Below, in pieces: positions 48,446 to 58,094 of a DNA stretch of 62,951 nt; positions within the stretch are counted from its first letter, which is position 1; each line of letters starts with the position of its first letter. The notes under the pieces were generated by a model. That model was not told the origin of the DNA, did no database searches, and saw only the letters and a list, made by a program, of their open reading frames with translations. Location: the NCBI GenBank assembly GCA_041736175.1, contig JBGSUI010000151.1:1-62951 (forward strand), in the 5' to 3' direction. The translations under genes and the position numbers were made by a program. Origin of the DNA: Oligoflexales bacterium. Lineage in GTDB: Bacteria > Bdellovibrionota_B > Oligoflexia > Oligoflexales > CAIYRB01.

Positions 48446-49699
48446 TCAATCTGTTAGCTTGACCCACAAAAAAGCCTTTTTACCCTTGCGGAGGAGCGCA
48501 CCTTGAGATCCAGAAAAATCAGCGACCGCTAACCTAAAGGCCGGGTCGCTTATGACCGCTTTATTTATAGTAACACCACCTTGGGTAACAAGTCGACGGG
48601 CTTCAGCCCGAGAGGGGGCTAAACCAGTGAGTCTTAGCAGATCCAGTATGTCGAGACCATCGATCACCGCTTGTTTAGGCAATGTGGCTTCTGGCCCAGA
48701 GGCAGCGTCATCCGCTGGGACGCCTGCAAAAAGCCGCTGGGCTGACTGCTGGGCTTCCTGGGCTGCCGTCTCCCCGTGGAGGAGCTTGGTGGTTTCATAA
48801 GCAAGTTTGAGTTTTGCTTGGTTGATGGCAGAACCTGTGTAAGCTCCCAAGGCCCTGACCTCGTCCATGGGTAGATCCGTAAAATAGGCGAGACACTCGC
48901 CTACTTTGGCATCCTCCACATTGCGCCAATACTGAAAATACTCATAGGGGCTCGTCAGGGTCGGGTCTAACCAGACAGCACCTTTTTCGGTTTTACCCAT
49001 CTTGCGCCCGTCAGAAGTGGTCAAAAGCGGCATCGTCAAACAAAAGGCCTGAGCTACCCCGCTGTTTTCAGCCCCCAAGCGACGGATCAACTCCATCCCG
49101 CTCAGGATATTGCTCCACTGGTCATCGCCTCCTATCTGGAGGGTGCACTGCTGGGACCGGTACAGGTGGAGAAAATCATAGCTTTGGAGCAACATATAAT
49201 TAAACTCCAAAAACGATAGCCCTTTTTCCATCCTTTGTCTAAAACACTCGGCTGTCAGCATCCGGTTTACGCTAAAATGGGGCCCAATATCCCGGAGAAA
49301 CTCCAAATAGCTTAAGGACCCAAGCCAGTCCACATTGTTAAGAACCAGTCCATCCTTGGGATCGTCCAGTTTCAAAAACACACCCAACTGCTTTGTGATC
49401 CCGACTAAATTTGATGTGATTTGGTCTTGGGTCAACATATTGCGCAACTCAGTCTTGCCCGTGGGGTCTCCAACCAAGGCGGTTCCCCCGCCTGCAATGG
49501 CGATCACCCGGTGACCAGCCTGCTGAAACCGCCGCAGTCCCATAATCGGCATCAAGTGCCCCACATGGAGGCTAGGCGCCGTAGGATCAAATCCAGCATA
49601 CACCGTGCGCTTTGCGGTTCCTAAATGCTCCTTTAACTCCGGCTCATGGGTCACTTGGGCCACAAGTCCGCGGTCTTTGAGAATTTCAATCAAGTCCAT
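48446..49699 (-). CDS. tyrS: Tyrosine--tRNA ligase
   Basis: GFDPTAPSLHVGH, QIGGDDQW, KMGKT, S4 domain. Confidence 0.97.
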   Translation of the reverse strand: MDLIEILKDRGLVAQVTHEPELKEHLGTAKRTVYAGFDPTAPSLHVGHLMPIMGLRRFQQAGHRVIAIAGGGTALVGDPTGKTELRNMLTQDQITSNLVGITKQLGVFLKLDDPKDGLVLNNVDWLGSLSYLEFLRDIGPHFSVNRMLTAECFRQRMEKGLSFLEFNYMLLQSYDFLHLYRSQQCTLQIGGDDQWSNILSGMELIRRLGAENSGVAQAFCLTMPLLTTSDGRKMGKTEKGAVWLDPTLTSPYEYFQYWRNVEDAKVGECLAYFTDLPMDEVRALGAYTGSAINQAKLKLAYETTKLLHGETAAQEAQQSAQRLFAGVPADDAASGPEATLPKQAVIDGLDILDLLRLTGLAPSRAEARRLVTQGGVTINKAVISDPAFRLAVADFSGSQGALLRKGKKAFLWVKLTD

Positions 49700-49832
49700 A
49701 ACTTTAATCCTTACCGATAGTGCCATCTGTTCCCTAACCAAGACCCCAAGCCTAGTTAATAATAAGCCCACTGGCCATCAAAAAGCCCATAGCTTAAACT
49801 GATTGCAGACATGTTTAAAAGCAGGAGGGTCT

Positions 49833-50390
49833 ATGACAGCGCCCCATTTGGTAAGCCCCGTTTTGGTACTTGGTCCGGCTTACAGCGGCAAGTCCCGGTG
49901 GGCCAAAGACCAGCTTGTCCACTGCAACCAAACCCTCGTCCTCCACACGGGGCCTAAGGCTTCACCCTGGTTCGACCAGCCCGGTCAGGATGGGACCATC
50001 CCTCCATCCTGGGAATATCTGGACACGGGTCTGGACCTAGCGGCAGTCCTCGTCGAACGCCTAAAACCTGGGGGGAACTACATCGTCGACTCCCTTAACC
50101 AGTGGATTGGGCGCCTGGTCTTTGAAGAAGGCCCCCAGGGCAAAGCCCATGTGGCCCGAAGGATCCAAGATTTATTGTCCCAGTTGGGGACCAAGTGGGA
50201 TGGGATGCCGACCCCAAAGCCAACCCTTTTTCTGGTGTCGGCCGAGGTCGGTGCCTCACCGCCGCCCTTCCAAGATCACGAGCGGTTTTTTCGCCAAAGC
50301 GTCGGGATTGCCAACCAATTCCTAGCCGGGTGGGCCCAGACGGTCGTTACGGTCCAAGCGGGACTAGCTTCAGTTCTCAAAGCGCCTTAA
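49833..50390 (+). CDS. Divergent CobU-like protein
   Basis: GPAYSGKS, VDSLNQW, VSAEVG, FRQSVGIANQFLA. Confidence 0.75.
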   Translation: MTAPHLVSPVLVLGPAYSGKSRWAKDQLVHCNQTLVLHTGPKASPWFDQPGQDGTIPPSWEYLDTGLDLAAVLVERLKPGGNYIVDSLNQWIGRLVFEEGPQGKAHVARRIQDLLSQLGTKWDGMPTPKPTLFLVSAEVGASPPPFQDHERFFRQSVGIANQFLAGWAQTVVTVQAGLASVLKAP

Positions 50391-50470
50391 CCAAAACTTG
50401 GATTTAGAGTGGTCCAAAATCCAAATTTTTGGCATGCTTAACGGAACATCCAACCAACAGGAGTCCCCCA

Positions 50471-51091
50471 ATGATCACTTTAACCAAAAAAATATTTATA
50501 TCCTGGAGCCTAATGACTCTTCTCCTTCAAGGTACCCAGGCCTTTGCGCTGATCGATGCCCAGGCCTATGTGGGTCGTAAGTGGTACCAGTTTGAGGTGG
50601 ACGGCTCCCCTAAAAGAGGGGTCGGTGCCACTGTCGTGGAATTCGCCGGACATATCGACCCGATTCCCTTGATTCCCCTCGCGGTAGGCCTTTTTGCAAG
50701 TTCCATCAGCCCCTCTGCCGACGATCTGCGGGCGAGTTCTGCCAGCTTTATGCAGGTTGGGCTCGACGTCCACGCATGGATCCCGCTGATCCCCATTCTG
50801 ACACCTTATGTGCGGGTAAAATATCCCTTTTTAGGGGACCTCAAAGTCTCTGGTCAGGCCCTGGGCGGCGGCAATACAGCTGAGACAACCTACAAGTTGA
50901 CTGGAGCCCAGGTGGATGTGGGAGCTAAGTTTTCCTTTTTGCCGCTGGTTAAAATCCTGGTTCAGGCCGGAAGGAGCATGGACACCATAGAGATCTCGGA
51001 ATATAAAGTGAACGGTGCTAAGCAGACCACGACGGCCTCCGGCAAGGCACCCGCCAATTCCGTTTTGGTCGGCGTAGAGATCGGAATCTAG
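50471..51091 (+). CDS. Outer-membrane beta-barrel protein
   Basis: Signal peptide ending AFA; alternating beta-strand pattern, C-terminal VGVEIGI. Confidence 0.65.
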   Translation: MITLTKKIFISWSLMTLLLQGTQAFALIDAQAYVGRKWYQFEVDGSPKRGVGATVVEFAGHIDPIPLIPLAVGLFASSISPSADDLRASSASFMQVGLDVHAWIPLIPILTPYVRVKYPFLGDLKVSGQALGGGNTAETTYKLTGAQVDVGAKFSFLPLVKILVQAGRSMDTIEISEYKVNGAKQTTTASGKAPANSVLVGVEIGI

Positions 51092-51116
51092 TCAGACACC
51101 CAAAGAGGTCGATACG

Positions 51117-51836
51117 ATGGCCATCCAGAGTCCCCAAAGTGAACAACAAATCGCCTCCATGTTTGACCGGATAGCACCGAAGTACGATTTTTTAAATCGC
51201 CTACTCAGTGCCCAGCAGGACCAAAGATGGCGGCGAATCCTCGTGGAGAAAGTTCCCTACACACCCCAGGGCCGGCATCTGGATGTGGCGACGGGGACAG
51301 GAGATATCCTTAAGGCCATGGCCACAGCCCATAAAGAGTTCGATAGCCTTTTAGGCGTGGATATCTCGTCAAAGATGTTGGATGGCGCCCGCGAAAAACT
51401 AAAATCGACCCAAGCTCCCCATGTGGAGCTAAAGATGATGAGTGCCGAGTCCCTCCAGGTCCACGATAGCAGCTTTGATTCCCTCAGCATCGCTTTTGGA
51501 CTAAGAAATGTGGTCAATCGACCTAAGGCTCTCAAGGAATTTCACCGGGTCCTAAAACCCGGTGGAAGACTTTTGGTCCTGGAATTTTTTCCTCCTACGG
51601 ACGGGATGCTGTCCCTAGGCTTTCAAGGCTATTTTAACTACGTCTTGCCTTTTATCGCGGGGCTTTTCAGCGACCGGCAGGCTTATACCTATCTACCCCA
51701 AAGCGTAGGATCCTTTTACGACATCAAGTCCTTTCGCCACGTCCTGAGGGACAGCGGCTTTAGGGTCCTTGAAGTCAAAAACTTTATGTTTGGATCCTGC
51801 CGGCTTGTGGTGGCTGAGACCGCTGCCCCGATCTAG
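51117..51836 (+). CDS. ubiE: UbiE/MenG C-methyltransferase
   Basis: MFDRIAPKYDFLN, LDVATGTGD, AFGLRNV, RVLKPGG. Confidence 0.92.
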   Translation: MAIQSPQSEQQIASMFDRIAPKYDFLNRLLSAQQDQRWRRILVEKVPYTPQGRHLDVATGTGDILKAMATAHKEFDSLLGVDISSKMLDGAREKLKSTQAPHVELKMMSAESLQVHDSSFDSLSIAFGLRNVVNRPKALKEFHRVLKPGGRLLVLEFFPPTDGMLSLGFQGYFNYVLPFIAGLFSDRQAYTYLPQSVGSFYDIKSFRHVLRDSGFRVLEVKNFMFGSCRLVVAETAAPI

Positions 51837-53104
51837 CGTAGGGTTTCCCATTCCATCTCGGAGTCTATCTGTGCCATCTCGTTTTTATGATCCTGTTTAC
51901 TCTTTGCACTTTTAGACTTGAGGATGGCTTCGACAATTTCTAAGGGACCCCGCGCCCTAGAAAACTGCTTACCCCCAATGCTCAGACTTTCTTTAAGACA
52001 CAGCTGACCAGTGGCGAGATCTCCCATCCTAATGCAGGCAAGACCTAAATTAAATTTTAATTTAGCTTTGGTCACCACCTCCCCTGCCCCCGAAACTGCA
52101 TACTGGTAGTATTCGATCGCTTCATCATGGTGGCCCTCGCGGCTGGCCATGATGGCCCTAAGGTTAAGAAAAGCGATCACATCAGAGGAAAGATTGCGCC
52201 CTGCCAGGAGGGATTTGGAGCCTTGGTAGTCTCTGTCGATAATCCGTGCCTTGATAAGCCCGTCTTTAAACCTCATATCTTTGCCATTGTTTAGTTTGTC
52301 ACCCTTGATATAGGCCTCTTCGGCCTGCTGTGCCATCCCAGCTTTGGCATAGGCGTCCCCTAAGGCCAAAAGCCGCTCCCCGTTAAGGTCGTGAAAGTGG
52401 CTTAATTTAGACAAAATCTCGATCCCTTGGGAGCCCCTTTTACTCTTAAGCAAAAGACGCCCCAGGGCATTGGCAGCCCAAAGATTTTGGGGGTTAACCT
52501 GCAAAATCCGCTTAAGGGAAACCTCTGCCCGCTTCCAGTCTTTTAAATAGTTATAAGCCCCTGCCAGGATCACGAGGGCCTGCTCCCCTGAATCATCGAG
52601 GGTTTTGAGCTTTTCTACTAGCCTCAAGATAGACCCTCGGTCGTTGGCTTGGCAGGCTGCTTCAAGCTCTTTTTCGTAGTTAGCCAGGGACCCAACGGTG
52701 CTGATTTCTAAACAGTAACGCTTTAGATAGTCCCTGATATCATCATTTTTTCGCACCCCACTGGCGATAAACTTAGCACCGATTTCTTGGGCAAAAAGCA
52801 GCTGGTCCCGCGACACCGTCGCAGGAGCATAAACATAGATGACGGGATGGGCCAGGGGAGACTGGATACTTTCCAGGAGACTGGCGAGGGTCTGGAGTTC
52901 GGCGTTGTTGGTAAAGTTGACCGCTGCGACAAAAAAGAAAGCTTCTTGGTGCTGGGACGGGCGCTCCCCTTCGGCAAGGGGTTTAAACTGTAAAAAATAA
53001 TATCCACCCAATATTTTGGTCAGCGACTCGATCTGCTGCTTGTCTCCGTAGAGATAGGTCACGCGGCTGATATTGATGTTGTATCTAGAATGGGGCTCGT
53101 TCAT
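51833..53104 (-). CDS. TPR protein with degenerate receiver-like N-terminus
   Basis: TPRs; FLN...FNLGLA architecture parallels 46567-47733. Confidence 0.7.
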   Translation of the reverse strand: MNEPHSRYNINISRVTYLYGDKQQIESLTKILGGYYFLQFKPLAEGERPSQHQEAFFFVAAVNFTNNAELQTLASLLESIQSPLAHPVIYVYAPATVSRDQLLFAQEIGAKFIASGVRKNDDIRDYLKRYCLEISTVGSLANYEKELEAACQANDRGSILRLVEKLKTLDDSGEQALVILAGAYNYLKDWKRAEVSLKRILQVNPQNLWAANALGRLLLKSKRGSQGIEILSKLSHFHDLNGERLLALGDAYAKAGMAQQAEEAYIKGDKLNNGKDMRFKDGLIKARIIDRDYQGSKSLLAGRNLSSDVIAFLNLRAIMASREGHHDEAIEYYQYAVSGAGEVVTKAKLKFNLGLACIRMGDLATGQLCLKESLSIGGKQFSRARGPLEIVEAILKSKSAKSKQDHKNEMAQIDSEMEWETLR

Positions 53105-53739
53105 GAAGCACCTGCTATTTTAAGTTTGGGTGGGTAGGACACTGGGTGGACCCGTATCCCGCTCCGCTCCCCTGATTCCACCAGAGTCTCCGAGCCGCCG
53201 TCGTCGGCCGCAAACCAACCGTTGACGGTTTTTTCGCTATCTTCAAGTTTTTGGGCCGCGCTTTTTAGATGCTGCTGGCGGGTGGCCGAAGTTTCCAAAA
53301 GCGGTCGGAGGAGTTCCGTAAGCCGGGGATCCTGAGCTTCAAATCCCGTGATGATCTTAACCCACCGGGATTCGCACCTAAGCCCAAGCCGACACCACTG
53401 CAAACGTGGTGTCCAAAAATTGGTCCACTGGTGGATGACAGCCATCCGCTTACAGGCAAGGGCGACCATGTTCCAGTGGGTATCGATCTCAGGCTTTACG
53501 GTATTGGAGCGGATCTCTTTAAGGACCCACTCCCAGACGGTAAAGAGGACGCCCACATCTTCGAGACCCGAGTCGCTGAGCACCACCCAAACCTTTTTTT
53601 CTTCAGGTTTTTTGGCGGATTCTTGTCCCGCTGCATAAAGCCCCGAGAGCTGGGTAAAGTAATAGTAGGCATTGTATACCGTCGAACCTGCAGCACTTTT
53701 AGGTGAAAGCGTCGTTTGGCTGCGCACCGGTTTGGTCAT
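53101..53739 (-). CDS. Hypothetical protein
   Basis: 212-aa ORF, 4-nt ATGA overlap with the TPR gene. Confidence 0.6.
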   Translation of the reverse strand: MTKPVRSQTTLSPKSAAGSTVYNAYYYFTQLSGLYAAGQESAKKPEEKKVWVVLSDSGLEDVGVLFTVWEWVLKEIRSNTVKPEIDTHWNMVALACKRMAVIHQWTNFWTPRLQWCRLGLRCESRWVKIITGFEAQDPRLTELLRPLLETSATRQQHLKSAAQKLEDSEKTVNGWFAADDGGSETLVESGERSGIRVHPVSYPPKLKIAGAS

Positions 53740-53880
53740 GATCGCCTACCGTGTAATCAGTGAAGATGGACGTTTTTATCCATTTATAGTAACCGATAGA
53801 GTTCCGTCAGGCAATCCAGTCGCTGGCACAACAAAGCCGCTGTTATGGAGAGTTCTTTTCATTCTTCCCTATAACAACCC

Positions 53881-54873
53881 GTGATGAAAGAGATTTTCAT
53901 TATGTCCAAGCCTCCCGTCAAGACCCTGTTACCTATAAAAGTCCGCGACCTTACCACAAGGGGAGCACAGATCCCTACGGGACATTTTTCAGCTGCGAGC
54001 AGCCTCGTCCTATCCCAGGACTGGGCCTATGTGGTTGCCGATGACGAACACCACCTTGGGGTCTTCCGCCTATCTGACCCTCTTAAACCCCTCGAAGCTT
54101 TTCCCATCTTTTCAGGCCACCTTCCCGAGGACTCTCAAGCTCGCAAAAAAATCAAGCCAGATCTGGAAGGTCTCTTGGCCATCGCGCCCCTACGGCTGAT
54201 TGCAGTCCCCTCGGGCTCTAAAAAAAACCGCACCCAAGGCCGCATGATCCAACTTCAAGATCAGAGTCCAGGAGATTCCTCCACCTCCCCGAGGACTCCC
54301 GTGATCCAGAGGACTGTCGCTCTAGACTTTGCCCCTTTGTACCAAAAGTTAGGGCAGCTGGTTCCAGACCTTAATATCGAAGGCGCCGTGGACACAGGCA
54401 CCCATATTTGGCTGCTACAGCGTGGCAACCAAGGCACGAGCCCCAATCACATCATCGTCCTCAAACGCAAACAGTTCCTTAAAAAACTCCTCAAAGATCC
54501 GCCTCTGGACCCGATTGTGATCAAGCCTAAACTTATCGACGATATTGTCGAACTCAATCTAGGCCGCCTCGATGGCCTGAGGCTTACAGTGACTGATGGA
54601 ACGATCCTCTCCGGTGGCCAGGTTCTTCTATGCGCTGCGGCAGAAGATACGGAGTCCACCTACGACGACGGTAAAATCATAGGCTCCGCCCTTGTCAGCC
54701 TTCACCCTAAAAAACTTAAACCGGCCACCGTCTACATCCTCAAACCCCGCCTCAAGGTGGAAGGCGTCGCTTTTGATCCCAAAACCCAGTCCCTGTGGAT
54801 GGTCACGGATCATGATTCCCGCACCCATGGGGCGGGACTTTGGCACCTGCCTGTGAGCCAGCTTGGAATATGA
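53881..54873 (+). CDS. Conserved hypothetical, probable beta-propeller (DUF6929-like)
   Basis: SAASSL, KPDLE, PSGS..NR, LNIEGA, AAEDT..TYDDG, KVEGV. Confidence 0.65.
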   Translation: MMKEIFIMSKPPVKTLLPIKVRDLTTRGAQIPTGHFSAASSLVLSQDWAYVVADDEHHLGVFRLSDPLKPLEAFPIFSGHLPEDSQARKKIKPDLEGLLAIAPLRLIAVPSGSKKNRTQGRMIQLQDQSPGDSSTSPRTPVIQRTVALDFAPLYQKLGQLVPDLNIEGAVDTGTHIWLLQRGNQGTSPNHIIVLKRKQFLKKLLKDPPLDPIVIKPKLIDDIVELNLGRLDGLRLTVTDGTILSGGQVLLCAAAEDTESTYDDGKIIGSALVSLHPKKLKPATVYILKPRLKVEGVAFDPKTQSLWMVTDHDSRTHGAGLWHLPVSQLGI

Positions 54874-56195
54874 ACATGCAAACAGTCCTTTATTTTGTCT
54901 CCTATTGGCCCCAACCGAGTTTTTCCGCTGCGAGCCAGAGGAGCTTGCAACTCATCCAACATCTCCTGGATGCTGGCTTTGAGGTCATAGTCTCCGCAGA
55001 TGGCCCCTTCCTTCCTGGACTTCATGGACTCCAGTCCCTCGAAGCCATGGGCTGCCGCTGTCTCAGACTTAGGGCCAACGACCCCGAAGCCCTCGAAGCG
55101 ATTTCCCAGATCATGCCCCAAGTGGTTCTCTTTGATAAGTTTACCACCGAAGAAAAATTCGGCTGGCAGGTATCCCTAAAAGCGCCCCAAGCTCTGCGGG
55201 TCCTCGATACCATAGACCTCCATTGGCTCCGCAAAGGGCGAGAGGCCCAAGTCAAGGAGCTAGACCGACAAGACTCCGGTCCGTGGAGTGACCACTCCAT
55301 CCTCAAAAGCCCAGGGACCTCCGCGCTGATAGCCCAAGCAAGCGGCGATCTTTTTGAGCGCGAGCTAGCGTCGATCTACCGCTGCGACACCGCACTGTTG
55401 GTTTCAGAAGTAGAACGAGATATTTTACAACAATGGTGCCAAGTCCCAGCCTACCAACTTTTTACAAACCAACTCTGTTACCAAACACTCGCTGATTTTG
55501 TCCCCAGCTCCATAGAATTTACCTACCGACAGAATTTTTATTTTATCGGCAACTTTAGACACACCCCCAACCTGGACGCCGTCCACTGGCTCAAGCAGAT
55601 CCTCTGGCCGCAAATAAGACAGGGCATCAGGGACCAGGGGATCGACGGTGACCTCCATGTTTACGGTGCCTCCAGTGAAACCCAAGCCCACCGGGCCCTC
55701 CACGACCCCAAGGGGGGCTTTCACCTTAAGGGCCACGGGACGGAAATCGATTTTCGCCGGTACCGCGTCAATCTTGCGCCCCTAAGGTTTGGAGCAGGCA
55801 TCAAAGGTAAGATCGCCGAAGGTTGGTCCTATGGAGTCCCAGCCATCACAACTCCCGTGGGGGCAGAAGGGATGCACGGAGCTCTCCCCTTTGGTGGGAG
55901 CGTCGTCTCCACCACGGCTGATTTTGTGGCCGCTGCGGTTGCCTCCTACACCCAGGAGGAGTCTTGGATCCAACACTCCCAGGCGGGACTTGATGTGATT
56001 CGCGCCGGATTTTCTCTGGATGAACAGCGCATTGGATTTCAGAATCACATAAAGGACTGCCTTGAGAAAAAGCTGACCCTTCGTCAAAACAACTTTATGG
56101 GGAGGATTCTCAACCACCAGTCCATGCGAGCCACCGAGTATTTTAGTCGTTGGATTCAGGTTAAACAGAAATTGCAGCATCAAGGGTTGGTATAA
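54870..56195 (+). CDS. GT-B glycosyltransferase (GT4-like)
   Basis: WPQP.FSAA, LDTIDLH, FIGNFRHTPN, APLRFGAGIKGK. Confidence 0.85.
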   Translation: MNMQTVLYFVSYWPQPSFSAASQRSLQLIQHLLDAGFEVIVSADGPFLPGLHGLQSLEAMGCRCLRLRANDPEALEAISQIMPQVVLFDKFTTEEKFGWQVSLKAPQALRVLDTIDLHWLRKGREAQVKELDRQDSGPWSDHSILKSPGTSALIAQASGDLFERELASIYRCDTALLVSEVERDILQQWCQVPAYQLFTNQLCYQTLADFVPSSIEFTYRQNFYFIGNFRHTPNLDAVHWLKQILWPQIRQGIRDQGIDGDLHVYGASSETQAHRALHDPKGGFHLKGHGTEIDFRRYRVNLAPLRFGAGIKGKIAEGWSYGVPAITTPVGAEGMHGALPFGGSVVSTTADFVAAAVASYTQEESWIQHSQAGLDVIRAGFSLDEQRIGFQNHIKDCLEKKLTLRQNNFMGRILNHQSMRATEYFSRWIQVKQKLQHQGLV

Positions 56196-56210
56196 GGATT
56201 TTTGCCTGGT

Positions 56211-56258
56211 TCGCCCCGGGGCGACACAGCCATCGGGGAGCGCGTCGCCCCGGGGCGA
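56211..56258. repeat. Two copies of perfect 14-bp palindrome TCGCCCCGGGGCGA
   Basis: 56211-56224 and 56245-56258, between convergent genes. Confidence 0.9.
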
Positions 56259-56283
56259 TTCGCTGTACCAATCCGCGACAACT

Positions 56284-56637
56284 TCACCCGGCTGCCGCTC
56301 GCCGCCGCGTTGGCTTTGCTGTGGTCTTTTCGACCAACTCACCCAACAGGTCGGACCGGCTCGTCAGCAGCTGAACAAGGCGCATGACCGGCTTTGTCGG
56401 TATGTTTGTGCCAGCCTCCCAAGCCTCCACCGTCTTCTTGGTGACACCAAGGATCGCCGCCAGTGCGCCCTGGCTGGCGCCAAGCTTTACGCGGATACGT
56501 TTGATATCGCCGGCAGCGTGAGTGGGTACCGCCTTGATAACGACCGTGCTCAACGTGATACCAGGGACCTCCTCACCTTGGACATGTGCGGCCATCTCGC
56601 CAATACTGTGCTTCAGATCATTAAAAAGTTTGCTCAT
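56284..56637 (-). CDS. HigA-like XRE antitoxin
   Basis: IKRIRVKLGASQGALAAILGVTKKTVEAWEAG. Confidence 0.85.
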   Translation of the reverse strand: MSKLFNDLKHSIGEMAAHVQGEEVPGITLSTVVIKAVPTHAAGDIKRIRVKLGASQGALAAILGVTKKTVEAWEAGTNIPTKPVMRLVQLLTSRSDLLGELVEKTTAKPTRRRAAAG

Positions 56638-56993
56638 TTCTGCCCTTTCTTCAGCGTTGCAATCAAATCGTGCAATACGTTGCATTCTGCCTTTGAGAGA
56701 TTCTCTTGATCGCCTTTCTTAATGACTGCCATGAGATAGATGCGACCCAGCATTTCGTAGTCGTAGTAGAAGACCCTTATTCCGCCGCTCTTGCCTGACC
56801 CCACACCGGGCCTTCGTACCTTACGGACTCCATTTGTCCCCTTGAGTAAAACACCGGCCTTTGGGTCTTCGAGCAGTTCAAGCTCCAGACCCCGTCGATC
56901 TTGATCTGTTAGCCTGAGAGCCTTCCAAGCTGTTTCAAATAGACTTAAACCAATGAAAGTACGACTGATTTCCAAGTTATATTCACCAACCAT
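56634..56993 (-). CDS. RelE/HigB-2-like toxin
   Basis: P.AG.L.GT.GVRKVR...GKSGGIRVFYY...K..QENL; start uncertain. Confidence 0.85.
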   Translation of the reverse strand: MVGEYNLEISRTFIGLSLFETAWKALRLTDQDRRGLELELLEDPKAGVLLKGTNGVRKVRRPGVGSGKSGGIRVFYYDYEMLGRIYLMAVIKKGDQENLSKAECNVLHDLIATLKKGQK

Positions 56994-57030
56994 GAATGAC
57001 CTGCAATAAGAGCCCACCCTAGCTACACGG

Positions 57031-57064
57031 ACCCTATTATATAGGGTATCGGTATAACCGTCAA
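57031..57064 (-). promoter_or_regulatory. Sigma70 promoter + palindromic operator of the HigBA-like TA
   Basis: TTGACG-N17-TATAAT; ACCCTAT-N3-ATAGGGT overlaps the -10. Confidence 0.7.
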
Positions 57065-57120
57065 ATTACTTTAGCCGAAACATTCTTGAGTCTTCATCCG
57101 GATGACCAAAACAACTTGAA

Positions 57121-57236
57121 AAATTTGCCACGGACTAGGAATTTTTGCCGTCAAGCAGACCTTTAAAGTCGTCTGGATTAAAAACCCCGCCTCTAATTCC
57201 TTGAGCTGCATTAACTACGGATTCATCGATCATCTT
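57121..57236 (-). repeat. Diverged copy of 57697-57813 (antitoxin 3' end + toxin start)
   Basis: Direct alignment by eye. Confidence 0.85.
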
Positions 57237-57339
57237 CCCAGTAGACTCTAAATCATACCCAGTCCAGCCTTAATCTGCTCCTCAGTGGGCAGCTCACCGC
57301 ACCCTAAAGTGAGATCTCGGGGTAGCTTTTTAAACCTGG

Positions 57340-57708
57340 TCATGGTGGTGGCTTATCCAATTTAATCCTCTCATAAGATCCAGGTTCTGGGTGTGGTTCA
57401 AGGCCGCAAATCGTGATTTCTTTTTTCCCAGGACCGTAAAACCAAAAAACTCGCCCTGCGGATGGAAAATTGTTTTGCAGGTAGGATTGAAAGATTTTTA
57501 GACCATACTTCTTTGTTAGCGTGGATATTTCATGGGACTTCAACCCAGGATGGAAAGGATTCTCCGCCAAAAAACCTAAACACTTCACATATCTTTTTAG
57601 AATTTGATGGTCATTTTTCTGGATGGTTTTATCTTTAAGCTGCTGCAATAGTCGCGACATAACCGCATCTACAGTCGGATGACCGTAATGAATTGTAAAT
57701 TTTGCCAC
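57340..57708 (-). CDS. Putative RelE-fold toxin
   Basis: L.ENPFHPGLKSH...QSYLQN..PSAGRVFWFYGP...LEPHP. Confidence 0.65.
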   Translation of the reverse strand: MAKFTIHYGHPTVDAVMSRLLQQLKDKTIQKNDHQILKRYVKCLGFLAENPFHPGLKSHEISTLTKKYGLKIFQSYLQNNFPSAGRVFWFYGPGKKEITICGLEPHPEPGSYERIKLDKPPP

Positions 57709-57711
57709 GGA

Positions 57712-58038
57712 CTAGGAATCCTCTTCGTCAAACAGATCTTTAAAGTCGTCTGGGTTAAAAACCCCGCCTCTTATTCCTTGGGCTGTATTTTGAACGGATT
57801 CTTCGATCATCTTAAGTGTCGTTGTTTCAACAACCTGTTCTGGGTCCACCAAAACCCGTGGCTTTAAGACAACCGTCCCATCTTCTAAAACATAGGTTCG
57901 ATAATGATCAAATATTTTTATTTGGCCATTCTTGCGCAGGGTAATTCTACGACCAGAGTCAACCGTTGAGTCGTACTCACCTACAAGTTTTAAATGCCTA
58001 ATATCTAATTCACCCATAGATCTCTCCATCAAAGCCAC
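57712..58038 (-). CDS. AbrB/MraZ-like antitoxin
   Basis: TVDSGRRITL...EDGTVVLKP; acidic C-terminus. Confidence 0.7.
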   Translation of the reverse strand: MALMERSMGELDIRHLKLVGEYDSTVDSGRRITLRKNGQIKIFDHYRTYVLEDGTVVLKPRVLVDPEQVVETTTLKMIEESVQNTAQGIRGGVFNPDDFKDLFDEEDS

Positions 58039-58064
58039 TCTCCTTTTCGGTGTGACAGGGATAT

Positions 58065-58094
58065 AACTTAAATGGGATATCCCATTAAGTCAAG
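58065..58094 (-). promoter_or_regulatory. Promoter with palindromic operator
   Basis: TTGACT-N17-TAAGTT with perfect palindrome ATGGGATATCCCAT (58072-58085). Confidence 0.6.
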
